Assembly (NCBI GenBank): GCA_016195715.1
Contig: JACPZA010000002.1
Coordinates: 43,246 to 107,245, forward strand
Direction: 5' to 3'
Length of the DNA: 64,000 bases
DNA from: Candidatus Daviesbacteria bacterium
Lineage (GTDB): Bacteria; Patescibacteriota; Microgenomatia; Daviesbacterales; UBA10151
Positions 39,201 through 49,263 of this stretch are shown piece after piece. The notes below the pieces were generated by a model. It had not been told where the DNA came from, did no database searches, and saw only the letters and a list, made by a program, of their open reading frames with translations. Position numbers and translations under genes: made by a program. The number at the start of each line of letters is the position of its first letter. Position 1 is the first letter of the stretch.

Positions 39201-40649
39201 ATGGATTCTTTTGTTTTAATAATTTTTGGAATTACTGGGAATTTAGCGCAAATTAAGCTGATTCCAGCGCTTTATGATATTGCAGAAAAAGGATTGTTAC
39301 CTAAAAATACTTCTATTATTGGAATTGCTAGAGGCAAAAAAAATCAACAAGAAATTAAAGATTATTTTAAACAAGTTTTACATCTTGAAAACAGACACCA
39401 CAAACATCCAATTAAAAATCAAGTTTTAGAACAGCTTTACAACAATTTACATTATCTTGATGGTTATTTAGATGATCCAAATTTTTATATTAAATTAAAA
39501 AAATACTTAGATGATCTTTCCAAAGATGGAGTGAATTGCAAGAATAAAATCTATTATTTAGCAACTTATCCTAATTTATATAAAGATATTTTTAAAAATC
39601 TACAAGCAAGTGGTTTAAATAAACAAACTTCTGGTTGGGTTAGGTTAATGATTGAAAAACCTATTGGTGTTGATGAAAAATCTGCCAGAGAACTTAACCA
39701 ACTATTATTAGATTATTACAGCGAAGATCAAATCTTTAGACTAGATCACTATTTAGGCAAAGAAACTTTGCAAAATATTTTGACCTTTAGATTTAGTAAT
39801 GAAATTTTTGAACCATTAATTAGTAAAGATTTTATTGATCACATTCAAATTATTGCAGCTGAAGATTTTGGGATAGGAGCCAGAGGTGGATATTACGACT
39901 CAGTTGGAGCGCTAAAAGATGTTGGACAAAATCATCTTTTACAAATGCTAGCTTTTGCTACCATGGATCCTCCATCTGAATTTAGTAATTTAGCTGTTAC
40001 CAAACAAAGAAATAAAATTTTAGAAAAACTTATCCCCATACCAAAAAAATTAGTTTTAGGTCAATATGAAAATTACAAAAGTAAAGAGAATGTTGATCCC
40101 AACTCAAAAGCTGATACTTTTTTTGCTTTTAAAACTGAAATTGATAATGACAGATTTAAAGGGGTTCCTATTTATATCCGAGGTGGAAAAAAATTAGCTA
40201 AAACTGTTACCGAGATTGCCATTGTTTTTAAAAACCCAGCTAACCGATTATTTAAGCATATGGACAGTGGAGAAGAACCTAATATTTTGTTTTATAGAAT
40301 TCAACCCAATGAAGGGATTGTTTTAAAAATTTTAGTTAAAAAGCCAGGTCACAAAAGTGAACTAGAACCAAATTATATGCAATATTGTTATAAGCAGACT
40401 CCAGATAATCACCCTTTTCCAGATCCATATGAAAGGTTAATTTTTGATGCTATTAAAGGTGATCAAACTTTTTTTAATGATGCAAAGGAAGTTGAAACCG
40501 AATGGCATTTTATTGACCCATTAGCTAAACAAAAAAAGCCACCAATTATTTATAAAGAAGGCAGCTGGGGACCAAAAGAAGCTGATAAGTTAATTGAAGC
40601 AGATGGTAGATCTTGGATTGAGCCTTCAGTAGAGTTTTGTCCTATTTAG
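39201..40649 (+). CDS. zwf: Glucose-6-phosphate dehydrogenase
   Basis: FGITGNLA, EKPIG, RLDHYLGKE, DVGQNHLLQ. Confidence 0.97.
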   Translation: MDSFVLIIFGITGNLAQIKLIPALYDIAEKGLLPKNTSIIGIARGKKNQQEIKDYFKQVLHLENRHHKHPIKNQVLEQLYNNLHYLDGYLDDPNFYIKLKKYLDDLSKDGVNCKNKIYYLATYPNLYKDIFKNLQASGLNKQTSGWVRLMIEKPIGVDEKSARELNQLLLDYYSEDQIFRLDHYLGKETLQNILTFRFSNEIFEPLISKDFIDHIQIIAAEDFGIGARGGYYDSVGALKDVGQNHLLQMLAFATMDPPSEFSNLAVTKQRNKILEKLIPIPKKLVLGQYENYKSKENVDPNSKADTFFAFKTEIDNDRFKGVPIYIRGGKKLAKTVTEIAIVFKNPANRLFKHMDSGEEPNILFYRIQPNEGIVLKILVKKPGHKSELEPNYMQYCYKQTPDNHPFPDPYERLIFDAIKGDQTFFNDAKEVETEWHFIDPLAKQKKPPIIYKEGSWGPKEADKLIEADGRSWIEPSVEFCPI

Positions 40650-40686
40650 ATCTGGGGAAAAAGTAATAATAAACTACTGGAATGAA
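40642..40686 (-). pseudogene. Leftover 3' tail of a different acrB allele
   Basis: Encodes FIPVVYYYFFPRSK*; identical 10-aa peptide to the current acrB end, with 6 synonymous changes. Confidence 0.85.
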
Positions 40687-40694
40687 TCTCTAAA

Positions 40695-43600
40695 TCATCG
40701 CTTCTTCCCGTATGTAAAAAAATAATAGTATACTACGGGAATAAAAAATAACATTATTGTTCCAGAAAAAGTTAGCCCGGCAATAATAGCACCACCCAAT
40801 CCTTGCCATATTGGATCAGATAAAGTTATGGGAATTAAACCAATAATTGCAGTCATTGAAGTTAAACCAATCGCCTCAAGTCTTGAAGATGCACCATCTG
40901 CAATTGATTCTTGAAAGCTCATCCCAACAGCGTTATTTTTGACAATTTTATCCACTATTAAAATTGAATTTTTAACTACAATTCCAAACAAAGCTAGTAC
41001 TCCAATTAGTGCAGGGAATGAAAGAGGTGTATTAGTTAAAGAGAAAATAATAAATACCCCAGAGATAGAAAGTGGAATAACTAACATCACGATTAAAGCT
41101 CTTCTAAATGAATTAAATTGAATAACCATAGTAATAATAATTAGTAAAAAAGATAAGACCATGGCTTGTAAAATTGAATTAACAGAGTTTTGATTTTCTT
41201 CATTTACTCCACCAGTTTTCCAACTTAAACCTGCTGGTAAATTTAAACTGTCAGCATATTTTTCTAATTGTTTATTCATTGTACTTACCGAAAATCCAGG
41301 TCTAACTGAAGCAGTTACTGAGATAGTTCTTTTGCCATCTTCTCTGGTAATTAAAGTTGGATTGGGTTGCAGTTTTAGTATACCTAGTGAAGAAATTGGG
41401 ATATCGCCAGTTTGTCCTGGGGTACCAGGAATTACTAGCGAGCTAACATTTTCTAAATATTGACTATTTGAACTAACTCGAATGGTAATATCTTTTTTCT
41501 CATTACCATCACTTTCAAATTTAACACTATTTGGACTAAAACCAGAGGCAAACATTCTGAGCCAAAAGCCAACTGTATCAGCAGTCAAATTATTTTGTGA
41601 CATTTTATCTTTATCAGGAACAAAAACTAGTTTCGAAGTTCCTGGTTTAATTGATTTATCAATATTAATTGCTCCGGATTGAGTTTTTAAATAGTTTTGC
41701 AACTTGTCTGCATATTGATCTAAAGTAGCTAAATCATCACCAAATAATTTAATTTGCAAATCTGCTCCAGCTGGTGGTCCGCCTGTCGATTCAATAATTG
41801 ATAGGTTGCCATTTTTATAATCTCTAAATTCCAAGCGTAACTTTTCTCCAATATAAATTGAGGAAAGTTTTCTGAATTTTTTATTTTTTAATTTTAAAGA
41901 AAAAAGGATATTATTAAACCCACCTTCCCCAATTCCACCTTGTGAATTAAAAGATTGACCAATATTAGCGGTAACAAATTCTAGTTCAGGAGTAGTTTTA
42001 AGCTTATCTAAAAGATTCACAGCCTCTTGATTTGATCTATCCAAACTTGTGCCTGATGGTAGCTCTAAAGAAACAAAGATAAAGTCTTGGTCTGATTTAG
42101 GGAAAAATTCATTTTTAACAAACCCCAATGGTAGCAGCAAGTAAGAAAAAACCGAAAAAACTATCACCATAACAATGGTTCTAATTCGAGCTTTTTTAGA
42201 AGATAAAATTCTTTCAATTAAATTTTTATACTTTTTAGATAATGCTTCTAGACTAATTAACCCTTGATCAGAAATTGATCTTAATCTAGTAGCTGATCTT
42301 TCAGTAAAATTACTCTTTTCAAAACGATACTTTAAATCCCTAATGAGTTGTTGTCTTATTAAAAAAGTAATAATTAAAAAAACTAAAAATGCAGCAAGTT
42401 CAATTGGGAAAAGATTATTTTTAGGTAAACTAAATACAAATCCGCCAATTAACAAAGCTCCAACTAATACTGAAACTAAAATCCTAACTCTGTTTGGAAT
42501 ATTGGGTTTAAGTAAAATGATTATAAAAGGTAAGGTTACAAACATGGCTACAAAAAATGAGGCCATTAAAGTAGTGGATACCACAATTGGAATTGGTTTA
42601 ATAAATTCCCCAATAATTCCAGTTGATAAAAGCAGCGGTAAAAATGCCCAAACTGTAGTAATGGTGGTAGTGAAAACGGCTACTAAAAAATCTCGCCAAA
42701 CCAAAAGCCCTGTTTGCAGCGGGGTAAACTTGCCAGTTCTAAAATCAGCAGAGCTGTTATCTCGTTTTACTCGATAATAGCTAGTCATGGCAGAGATTAC
42801 TACAATTGTGTCATCAACTAAAAGCCCCAGCGCTAAAAGTAGAGAAAAAAGCGAAATAAAACTTAGAGAAATACTGGTTAATTTCATCACTACAAAACTA
42901 ATTAAAAAAGTTAGCGGAGCTGAAGAAGATGCCACAATAGCTTGCCTTAGTCCTAAAAAAATCAAAAGAGTAAAAAAGACTAAAATAATCGTTAGAGTAA
43001 AATCTTTAATCAATTCATTAAATTGTTTGTCAATTTCCTCACCAGTATTCCTAACTGTTTGTATCGCAAAAATGCCATGATAGCTTTTTAAGGATTGATC
43101 AGTTAAATTGCGGACATCAGCGACAGCGTCATCAATTTTGGCTGTTGAAGTTTTATAAACATCAAAATTAACCGCCCGCTCAATTTTTTTATTGGGAGAG
43201 GCTAAAATAGATTCCGCCTGATCAGGTTTAGAGCGTTCTATAACTTGGGCAATATCTGATAAAGAAATTGTATTACCATTTAAATTTAATCTTAAGTTCC
43301 TAACATCGTTTACACTAATCACATCTTGGTCAATACTTAGTGTAAAACTAGAAGAGTTGGTTTTAACACTACCAGCCGGAAAAGAACTGATAGCGCTACT
43401 AATTAAAGGGGCTAAACTTTGAGGATTAAGCTTATAACTACTAAAAGTTTCTGGTTTGATGACAATTTGAATTTCTTGTTCATCTAATCCCGTGGTAACG
43501 ACTTTATCAACACTAGGTAATTCCTTAATTTTATCCCGCAAAATCCTAGCATAGCGAGTTAGCGAAGCTAAATCATCTCCACCAGTTAAAGCAAAAGTCC

Positions 43601-44066
43601 AAACCGGTTGATTTGCAAAATCCAGTTTTTGGACATTAGGCAGTTTTGCATCTTTGGGTAAATTACTAACTGAATCTACTGCTGATTTAATATCTGTTCG
43701 GGCTTTTTCTGGATCAACACCTGAATCAAATTGGACAGTCACAATTGAAATTGAATCTCTGGAGATAGAAGTAACTGTTTTAACTCTGGATAAACCAGTT
43801 ATACTGTCTTCAATCGGAATAGTCACTAAGCTTTCCACATCTTTTGGACCAGCACCTGGTAGCACAGTTGAAACTATCACAATAGGTATTTTAATTTCTG
43901 GGTTTAAATTCCTGGGTAAACTTATATAACTAGTGACACCCAAAATTATAATTGCTAAACTCAAAAGGATAACTAGTCTTGGGTTTGAAATGTATTTGGC
44001 AATTAAAGAATTAGCTAATTTAGGATCAAATTTTAACTGCTTTAAGTAAGTTGAGATTTTTTGCAT
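40695..44066 (-). CDS. RND efflux permease (AcrB/AcrD/AcrF family)
   Basis: VTIPIED, LGLLVDDTIVV, GIVVKNSILIVD, RL..I.LTS. Confidence 0.95.
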   Translation of the reverse strand: MQKISTYLKQLKFDPKLANSLIAKYISNPRLVILLSLAIIILGVTSYISLPRNLNPEIKIPIVIVSTVLPGAGPKDVESLVTIPIEDSITGLSRVKTVTSISRDSISIVTVQFDSGVDPEKARTDIKSAVDSVSNLPKDAKLPNVQKLDFANQPVWTFALTGGDDLASLTRYARILRDKIKELPSVDKVVTTGLDEQEIQIVIKPETFSSYKLNPQSLAPLISSAISSFPAGSVKTNSSSFTLSIDQDVISVNDVRNLRLNLNGNTISLSDIAQVIERSKPDQAESILASPNKKIERAVNFDVYKTSTAKIDDAVADVRNLTDQSLKSYHGIFAIQTVRNTGEEIDKQFNELIKDFTLTIILVFFTLLIFLGLRQAIVASSSAPLTFLISFVVMKLTSISLSFISLFSLLLALGLLVDDTIVVISAMTSYYRVKRDNSSADFRTGKFTPLQTGLLVWRDFLVAVFTTTITTVWAFLPLLLSTGIIGEFIKPIPIVVSTTLMASFFVAMFVTLPFIIILLKPNIPNRVRILVSVLVGALLIGGFVFSLPKNNLFPIELAAFLVFLIITFLIRQQLIRDLKYRFEKSNFTERSATRLRSISDQGLISLEALSKKYKNLIERILSSKKARIRTIVMVIVFSVFSYLLLPLGFVKNEFFPKSDQDFIFVSLELPSGTSLDRSNQEAVNLLDKLKTTPELEFVTANIGQSFNSQGGIGEGGFNNILFSLKLKNKKFRKLSSIYIGEKLRLEFRDYKNGNLSIIESTGGPPAGADLQIKLFGDDLATLDQYADKLQNYLKTQSGAINIDKSIKPGTSKLVFVPDKDKMSQNNLTADTVGFWLRMFASGFSPNSVKFESDGNEKKDITIRVSSNSQYLENVSSLVIPGTPGQTGDIPISSLGILKLQPNPTLITREDGKRTISVTASVRPGFSVSTMNKQLEKYADSLNLPAGLSWKTGGVNEENQNSVNSILQAMVLSFLLIIITMVIQFNSFRRALIVMLVIPLSISGVFIIFSLTNTPLSFPALIGVLALFGIVVKNSILIVDKIVKNNAVGMSFQESIADGASSRLEAIGLTSMTAIIGLIPITLSDPIWQGLGGAIIAGLTFSGTIMLFFIPVVYYYFFTYGKKR

Positions 44067-44075
44067 ACTAAATTT

Positions 44076-45605
44076 TTATTCATTTGGTTCAACTTTATCT
44101 CCAGCTATAACATTACGATTTAATATGACTTGATCCCCGGATGTTAAACCGGATTTAACTTGCACAAATCGACCAACCACATCTCCAAGTTCGACCTTAT
44201 GACTTTCTGCAGAATCTTTTTTTACTACATATAAATACGCCTCAGTTTGAGATTGAAAAACTGCATCTAGAGGCACAAAAGGAATTGCTGCTGAGGTATC
44301 TGGATAGCCAACTGGTAAATCTACACTAATGTATCCTCCATCAGTCACGTCTGCCTCGTAACCATCTGGGAGATTAAAAATTACTGAATATAACTCTCCA
44401 TCTGTAGCATTGCTGGAAATATAATCTGGATGAAGCTCTAAAGTTTTATCACCTAAATGCAATGTGCTAGTTTCAAGTCGAGAAAGAGTTTTAGCTAAAT
44501 GATCAGGAACGCGAACAACGACTGTAACATGCTGAGTAGTCCCAGAAAAACTTACCAAAGGCGTTCCTGGGTTAACTAGTTGCCCAACCTTAATGTGGAT
44601 TCGATCAACTACTCCATCAAATGGCGCGGCTGGATACATCAGCGCTTCATTAATAAAAGCTAAACTTAGCGAGAGTCTAGCAACTTCTTTGCTTAATTCT
44701 AAACCCTTTTCTTGGACATCAAGCTGCTCTAGGGTAATCTGTCTTTGTAAATCAGACATTAGTGCTGGCGCATTAGTATCAGGAGTGGTGTAATTTAAAT
44801 TATTAACTGTAGTTCTAAGCTGATTGTTAGCAATTTCAAACTGACTCTTCTCTGCTCTTGGACCAATTAAAGCGTTATCATTTATTCCTGCCGAATTAGT
44901 GGCTTCAAGCTGGGTGATTTGAGAATCAAGTGTTCTAATAATACTTTGGTTTAAATCAATAATTGAATTAGTTACTCCAAGTGAATTTGCACCAATTTGT
45001 CTTAACTGATCGTTATTAATATCAGTTTGATTGGCTAAATCAATTTGTTTATTAATTAAATCTTTTTGAGTATTAAAAGTATCATTAATATTGTTAAATT
45101 GTTGCTGGGCAATTTGACGAGAAACTGCTAGGGCATTTCCACCTTGATAATTAGTTGAAAGCAAAACTAGAGAATCGCCTTTTTTAACATTATCACCTTC
45201 TTGAACATAAATATTTTGAACTACCCCAGATACTTGGGCATTAACGGTCACAACTCCAGATTTTTCAACTTGACCTTGCAAATTAATTTTTGGGGCTTCA
45301 CCTATTTTATAAATATCTACTTTTTTGGGAGTTTGAGTTTCATTAACACTTGTTACTTTAGGCTTAAGTAAAAAATTAGAAGCGGCAATTAATAAAAATA
45401 AAATTAATAAAGAGATTATAAAACTAGTGGTTGGTCTTTTTCTTAAAAATTGAGGAACTCTTTTTAAGTTTAGTTTTTGCCAAACTCTAGAAAAAAAGCT
45501 TTTGCCACTTTCAGCATTATTTCTAATACCTCTTGTGATTCGTTGATAAAAAATTTTATTTTTATCTGACTTTAACCCCCCAATAATTTTAGTGGTTTTT
45601 TTCAT
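44076..45605 (-). CDS. RND membrane fusion (adaptor) protein
   Basis: VSGVV....V.EGD.VKKG, APFDGVV, VP..AV, V.SGL..GD.VI. Confidence 0.92.
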   Translation of the reverse strand: MKKTTKIIGGLKSDKNKIFYQRITRGIRNNAESGKSFFSRVWQKLNLKRVPQFLRKRPTTSFIISLLILFLLIAASNFLLKPKVTSVNETQTPKKVDIYKIGEAPKINLQGQVEKSGVVTVNAQVSGVVQNIYVQEGDNVKKGDSLVLLSTNYQGGNALAVSRQIAQQQFNNINDTFNTQKDLINKQIDLANQTDINNDQLRQIGANSLGVTNSIIDLNQSIIRTLDSQITQLEATNSAGINDNALIGPRAEKSQFEIANNQLRTTVNNLNYTTPDTNAPALMSDLQRQITLEQLDVQEKGLELSKEVARLSLSLAFINEALMYPAAPFDGVVDRIHIKVGQLVNPGTPLVSFSGTTQHVTVVVRVPDHLAKTLSRLETSTLHLGDKTLELHPDYISSNATDGELYSVIFNLPDGYEADVTDGGYISVDLPVGYPDTSAAIPFVPLDAVFQSQTEAYLYVVKKDSAESHKVELGDVVGRFVQVKSGLTSGDQVILNRNVIAGDKVEPNE

Positions 45606-45718
45606 AACTAAAGATTAATTTAAAAAATCAGATTTGGCAGAAAACTTATGTCCCAAAATCTAAGAATTCTCACTTAAAGATATAGAGAATCACGGGATGA
45701 AATTTTTTAATCTGGTAA

Positions 45719-45747
45719 ATTTTATAGGATAGTTAACAATTTGTCAA
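45719..45747 (-). promoter_or_regulatory. Sigma70 promoter of the RND operon
   Basis: TTGACA-N17-TAAAAT on the minus strand. Confidence 0.7.
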
Positions 45748-45846
45748 TTAAGACATTTTCACTTGATGTTGACCAAATTTGCTACAATAGAAAAATTCGA
45801 TTTCTTGTTTTGATTATATCAGAGAAGAATGCTAGAATCAGTTGAC

Positions 45847-46290
45847 ATGTACAGACCTTTTGCTTTGGGAGCAGTTTTAATTATTTCCTTGATTACCCTA
45901 GGCCTTGTTCTCATTAAAACAAATTCTTCTAAGAGTTTATCTATAGAACCTACAATTACTCTTCCACAAGCTTCGGTAACTGAAGTTATGACACCCAAAC
46001 CAACTAATACTGCTTCTCCTAATTCCCAACAAATGACCATTACTATTCAAGTAACTAAAGATGGACCAACCCAAACTATTGACCTTGGTAAAAATTCTGT
46101 TGGAAAAAAATATATTGTTGGACTGAATACTTACATTTACTTTCATTGCGACAGCGCTGATTTTACTTACGACTCTAATGGGGTTTTGGGATCTGTACCT
46201 AAAGGGATTTATAATTTGCCAAACAATATTTGTTCTCAAATCAAAGCAATTGGTCTTGGGACAGCTACTATTACCTTTAAGAGTTCTTAG
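45847..46290 (+). CDS. Membrane-anchored hypothetical protein
   Basis: N-terminal TM, PT linker, small two-Cys domain. Confidence 0.65.
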   Translation: MYRPFALGAVLIISLITLGLVLIKTNSSKSLSIEPTITLPQASVTEVMTPKPTNTASPNSQQMTITIQVTKDGPTQTIDLGKNSVGKKYIVGLNTYIYFHCDSADFTYDSNGVLGSVPKGIYNLPNNICSQIKAIGLGTATITFKSS

Positions 46291-47225
46291 TTCTTCTTTA
46301 CAGAATGTTGACCAAATTGACCACGCATAGCAGAGACAACTTTATTTCTGAAGCCAGATGGAGAATTTTCCTGATCATTGCTTGAGTTTTGTCTAATTTT
46401 AAATGAATCCTCTAAAACTGGACTAGAAATTCCCATCTCTTTAGCTGTTTTTACAGTCCATTCTCCTTCACCAGTTGAAGCTATTACAGGAGAAGTATCT
46501 GATAATTCTGGATCTTCTTTTAGCGCATCTAATAACCATCCCACAAGCCTTGATTCAATTACTGAACGATGATTATAAACTTCAAAAACTTTTTTTAAAT
46601 CAAAATTAAATTCACTATTTTTTAAAATTGCCACCCCTTCAGCAATTGCTTCCATCATTCCATATTCAATTCCGTTATGCACCATTTTGGCAAAATGCCC
46701 AGCACCAACAGGTCCTAAATGAGCAAAAGCTTCTGGTGCAGCAGCTGCAACCACTAGATCTTTAATCTTTTCAAAATCCTCAACTTCTCCACCAATCATC
46801 AAGCATGCGCCAGTTCTTGCACCCTTTGGTCCACCTGAGACCCCAATATCCATAAAATGAATCCCTTTTTGGGTTAGCAGCTCTGCTCGCTTTAGGGTGT
46901 CTTTATAATATGAATTCCCCCCATCAATTATTAAATCACCAGGTTTTAAAATTTCTGAGAGTTTTTTAACAAACTCATCAGTTACATCACCTGCAGTTAA
47001 CATCAACCAGATAATTTTGCCATTTTTGTCATCCTGAGCCGTAGCCGAAGGATCTAGTTTCACTACCAAATCTTCTAAATTTTCTGCTTTAATAGCACCT
47101 GCCTGGACTACTTCTTCTACTGGTTCAGGAGATCTATTAAAAGCCACAACTTCAATCCCTTGCTCAAGTAGATGCAAAACCATATTCTTACCCATCTTAC
47201 CCAGCCCAATATAACCTATCTTCAT
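46287..47225 (-). CDS. gnd: 6-phosphogluconate dehydrogenase (decarboxylating, short form)
   Basis: IGYIGLGKMG, IDGGNS, GVSGG, KMVHNGIEYG, MRGQFG.H; leaderless start at 47225. Confidence 0.96.
   Translation of the reverse strand: MKIGYIGLGKMGKNMVLHLLEQGIEVVAFNRSPEPVEEVVQAGAIKAENLEDLVVKLDPSATAQDDKNGKIIWLMLTAGDVTDEFVKKLSEILKPGDLIIDGGNSYYKDTLKRAELLTQKGIHFMDIGVSGGPKGARTGACLMIGGEVEDFEKIKDLVVAAAAPEAFAHLGPVGAGHFAKMVHNGIEYGMMEAIAEGVAILKNSEFNFDLKKVFEVYNHRSVIESRLVGWLLDALKEDPELSDTSPVIASTGEGEWTVKTAKEMGISSPVLEDSFKIRQNSSNDQENSPSGFRNKVVSAMRGQFGQHSVKKN
47026..47055 (+). repeat. TGTC-tagged palindromic repeat inside the gnd CDS
   Basis: TTGTCATCCTGAGCCGTAGCCGAAGGATCT. Confidence 0.85.
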
Positions 47226-47268
47226 AGCAAGACTATACACAAAAAATTAGGTGATGTAAATAAAATAA

Positions 47269-49263
47269 TCAGCTTGGATTAATCTTTATTGGGGTGCAAT
47301 CATCACAAAGTCCAAGTTCTTCTAGTTTTTCCAAATACCTAATCACTGTTAAGACAAACTCAGCGTGGCTCCAGATTAAGGGAGAAACAGAGATATGCTC
47401 GCCTGTCTCTGGATGAAGCTGCTCAGACATGACTCCAGATGGCAGAGCATATTTAACTGCCCAAGCTAAAATTTGTTTGGATTTTTGCAAGTCTGATTCA
47501 TTTTTTGAAGTAGCAATATAATACTGAGCTAACCAAAAGGAAGTAATAAACCAAGGATTACCTACAGTTTCTGGTATTGCTGTGCTATATTTATCCCATT
47601 CATATCTGGCAAACCCTCCAACTTGTCTACCAACCGCTAGTTTTTCTTCAGTTAGCTTTAGAGCTTTTTGGACTTTTTCATCCGTAACACTTAGTACTCC
47701 AAATCTCCAAATTCCATAAATACTTGAAGCATCGATTGTTTTATCTATCTCTATTTCTTTATCATTAAAATTAATCATTTTATAAAAATAACCTAATTTT
47801 TCATCAAACAGGTATTTTAAAATTGCAGTTTGAATTTCTTTTGCAGTAGAAAGATAGCGATTTTCAGCTTCAGTTTTTCCTAAAAGTGAGGCAAATTTAG
47901 AAGCTGCAATCAAAGACGCATAAACAGTTGAAGCAGTAAAAGTAGTAATACCAAATTTCTCTTCCCACAAATCATAGCTTGGCTTAGGAAGTCCACTAAC
48001 TTCTTCTCGGTGAAAAACTAAAAATTCTGCACAAGATTTAATTAAAGAATTATAAATATTTTCAATAAACTCCAAATCTTTAGTTATCAAATAGTGTTGC
48101 CAAAGCACATAAATAATTAAAGCTGTCTCATCTTCTTGAATTGGTAAAACTGGTTTACCATCTCTAATCCAAGGATGCCAAGAAGATCCCAAAGATTGAT
48201 CAGGGCGATAGCGGTGCATAAAATAACCCTCATCTGAAACTACTTGGTTACAAAATTCAAAAAACTTTTTAACCACTGGAGAATCACCTGATTTATCTAG
48301 CGCTAAAGCAATTAAAGCTGCATCTCTTGGCCAAAGATAACAGTAAGTATCTTTACCATGATGCAAAACATCAGTGTCACCTGAAGCTAGAATTGAGCCA
48401 CGATTATCAACATGAGTGCGCATAATCAACAAAGATTTTTTAAATAACCTAGAAATAGAATCATCAAGCGATTTAAAGTGAAATGGTTGGCGGTTAACCC
48501 AAGCGTACCAAAAATCTCGAGTTGTCCTCATTAAATAATTGGGTAGTTTTTCCAAAACATATAAATTTAACTGGTGCGCTTCTTTAACAAATTTTGCAGC
48601 GACAATCCAATAAAAAACTTCAGCAGATTTTTGTGAGTCAACTTCACAAGTCACCGCTATTACAGAATCAACTAAACCATGTTCAACTGGGTTTTTAGCT
48701 AAAATTCCATCTTCGGCATCTTTATAAGTTCCCTCCTTTCCTTCAATCTTAAAATTACCAATCGAAAAATCATCAAAACTAGCCCGTCCAGAAATTGCAT
48801 TTATTAAAAAAACTCTCCGACCTTTGTAATGAATAATCACGTTTTTAACCGGATCAAAATAAGCGCTATCCCGTAAATGTGATTCATACATTTCAAACTC
48901 CTGATGAAAAAATATTTTAATTTTTCTTTTGCTATCAGCTAAGTTATAAATTTTAGCTTTACGGATAAAGATATTGGTCTCGTTATAAACTACATCATTT
49001 AGGTCCACTCTAACTTGTAGCTTGGTATTAACTGCTTGAATATCTGAAACCAAAGTTTCTTCTTGGTAATTAATATGAATTTCCCAGCTTTCATCATCAA
49101 ACCAACTAAATTGATTATCTACAAAAATTCCAATTCGATGCACAAAAAGTGAACCAGCTTGGTTTTCTAAACCAACATAAGGAAAATAAAAATCTCGAAC
49201 CTGACCTCTTTTATCGAGTGTAATTAGAATATTTCCATTCCCCAGAACTAATGATTTAGGCAT
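47269..49263 (-). CDS. GH15 glucoamylase-family glycoside hydrolase
   Basis: Y.Y.WPRD, QEDET, DLWEE, SEQ, PL.WSHAEF. Confidence 0.93.
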   Translation of the reverse strand: MPKSLVLGNGNILITLDKRGQVRDFYFPYVGLENQAGSLFVHRIGIFVDNQFSWFDDESWEIHINYQEETLVSDIQAVNTKLQVRVDLNDVVYNETNIFIRKAKIYNLADSKRKIKIFFHQEFEMYESHLRDSAYFDPVKNVIIHYKGRRVFLINAISGRASFDDFSIGNFKIEGKEGTYKDAEDGILAKNPVEHGLVDSVIAVTCEVDSQKSAEVFYWIVAAKFVKEAHQLNLYVLEKLPNYLMRTTRDFWYAWVNRQPFHFKSLDDSISRLFKKSLLIMRTHVDNRGSILASGDTDVLHHGKDTYCYLWPRDAALIALALDKSGDSPVVKKFFEFCNQVVSDEGYFMHRYRPDQSLGSSWHPWIRDGKPVLPIQEDETALIIYVLWQHYLITKDLEFIENIYNSLIKSCAEFLVFHREEVSGLPKPSYDLWEEKFGITTFTASTVYASLIAASKFASLLGKTEAENRYLSTAKEIQTAILKYLFDEKLGYFYKMINFNDKEIEIDKTIDASSIYGIWRFGVLSVTDEKVQKALKLTEEKLAVGRQVGGFARYEWDKYSTAIPETVGNPWFITSFWLAQYYIATSKNESDLQKSKQILAWAVKYALPSGVMSEQLHPETGEHISVSPLIWSHAEFVLTVIRYLEKLEELGLCDDCTPIKINPS

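Noticed and set aside
40642-40745. DGR template/variable repeat pair at the acrB end
   Set aside because: Differences are synonymous third-position changes rather than adenine-specific, and the repeat is only 30 nt
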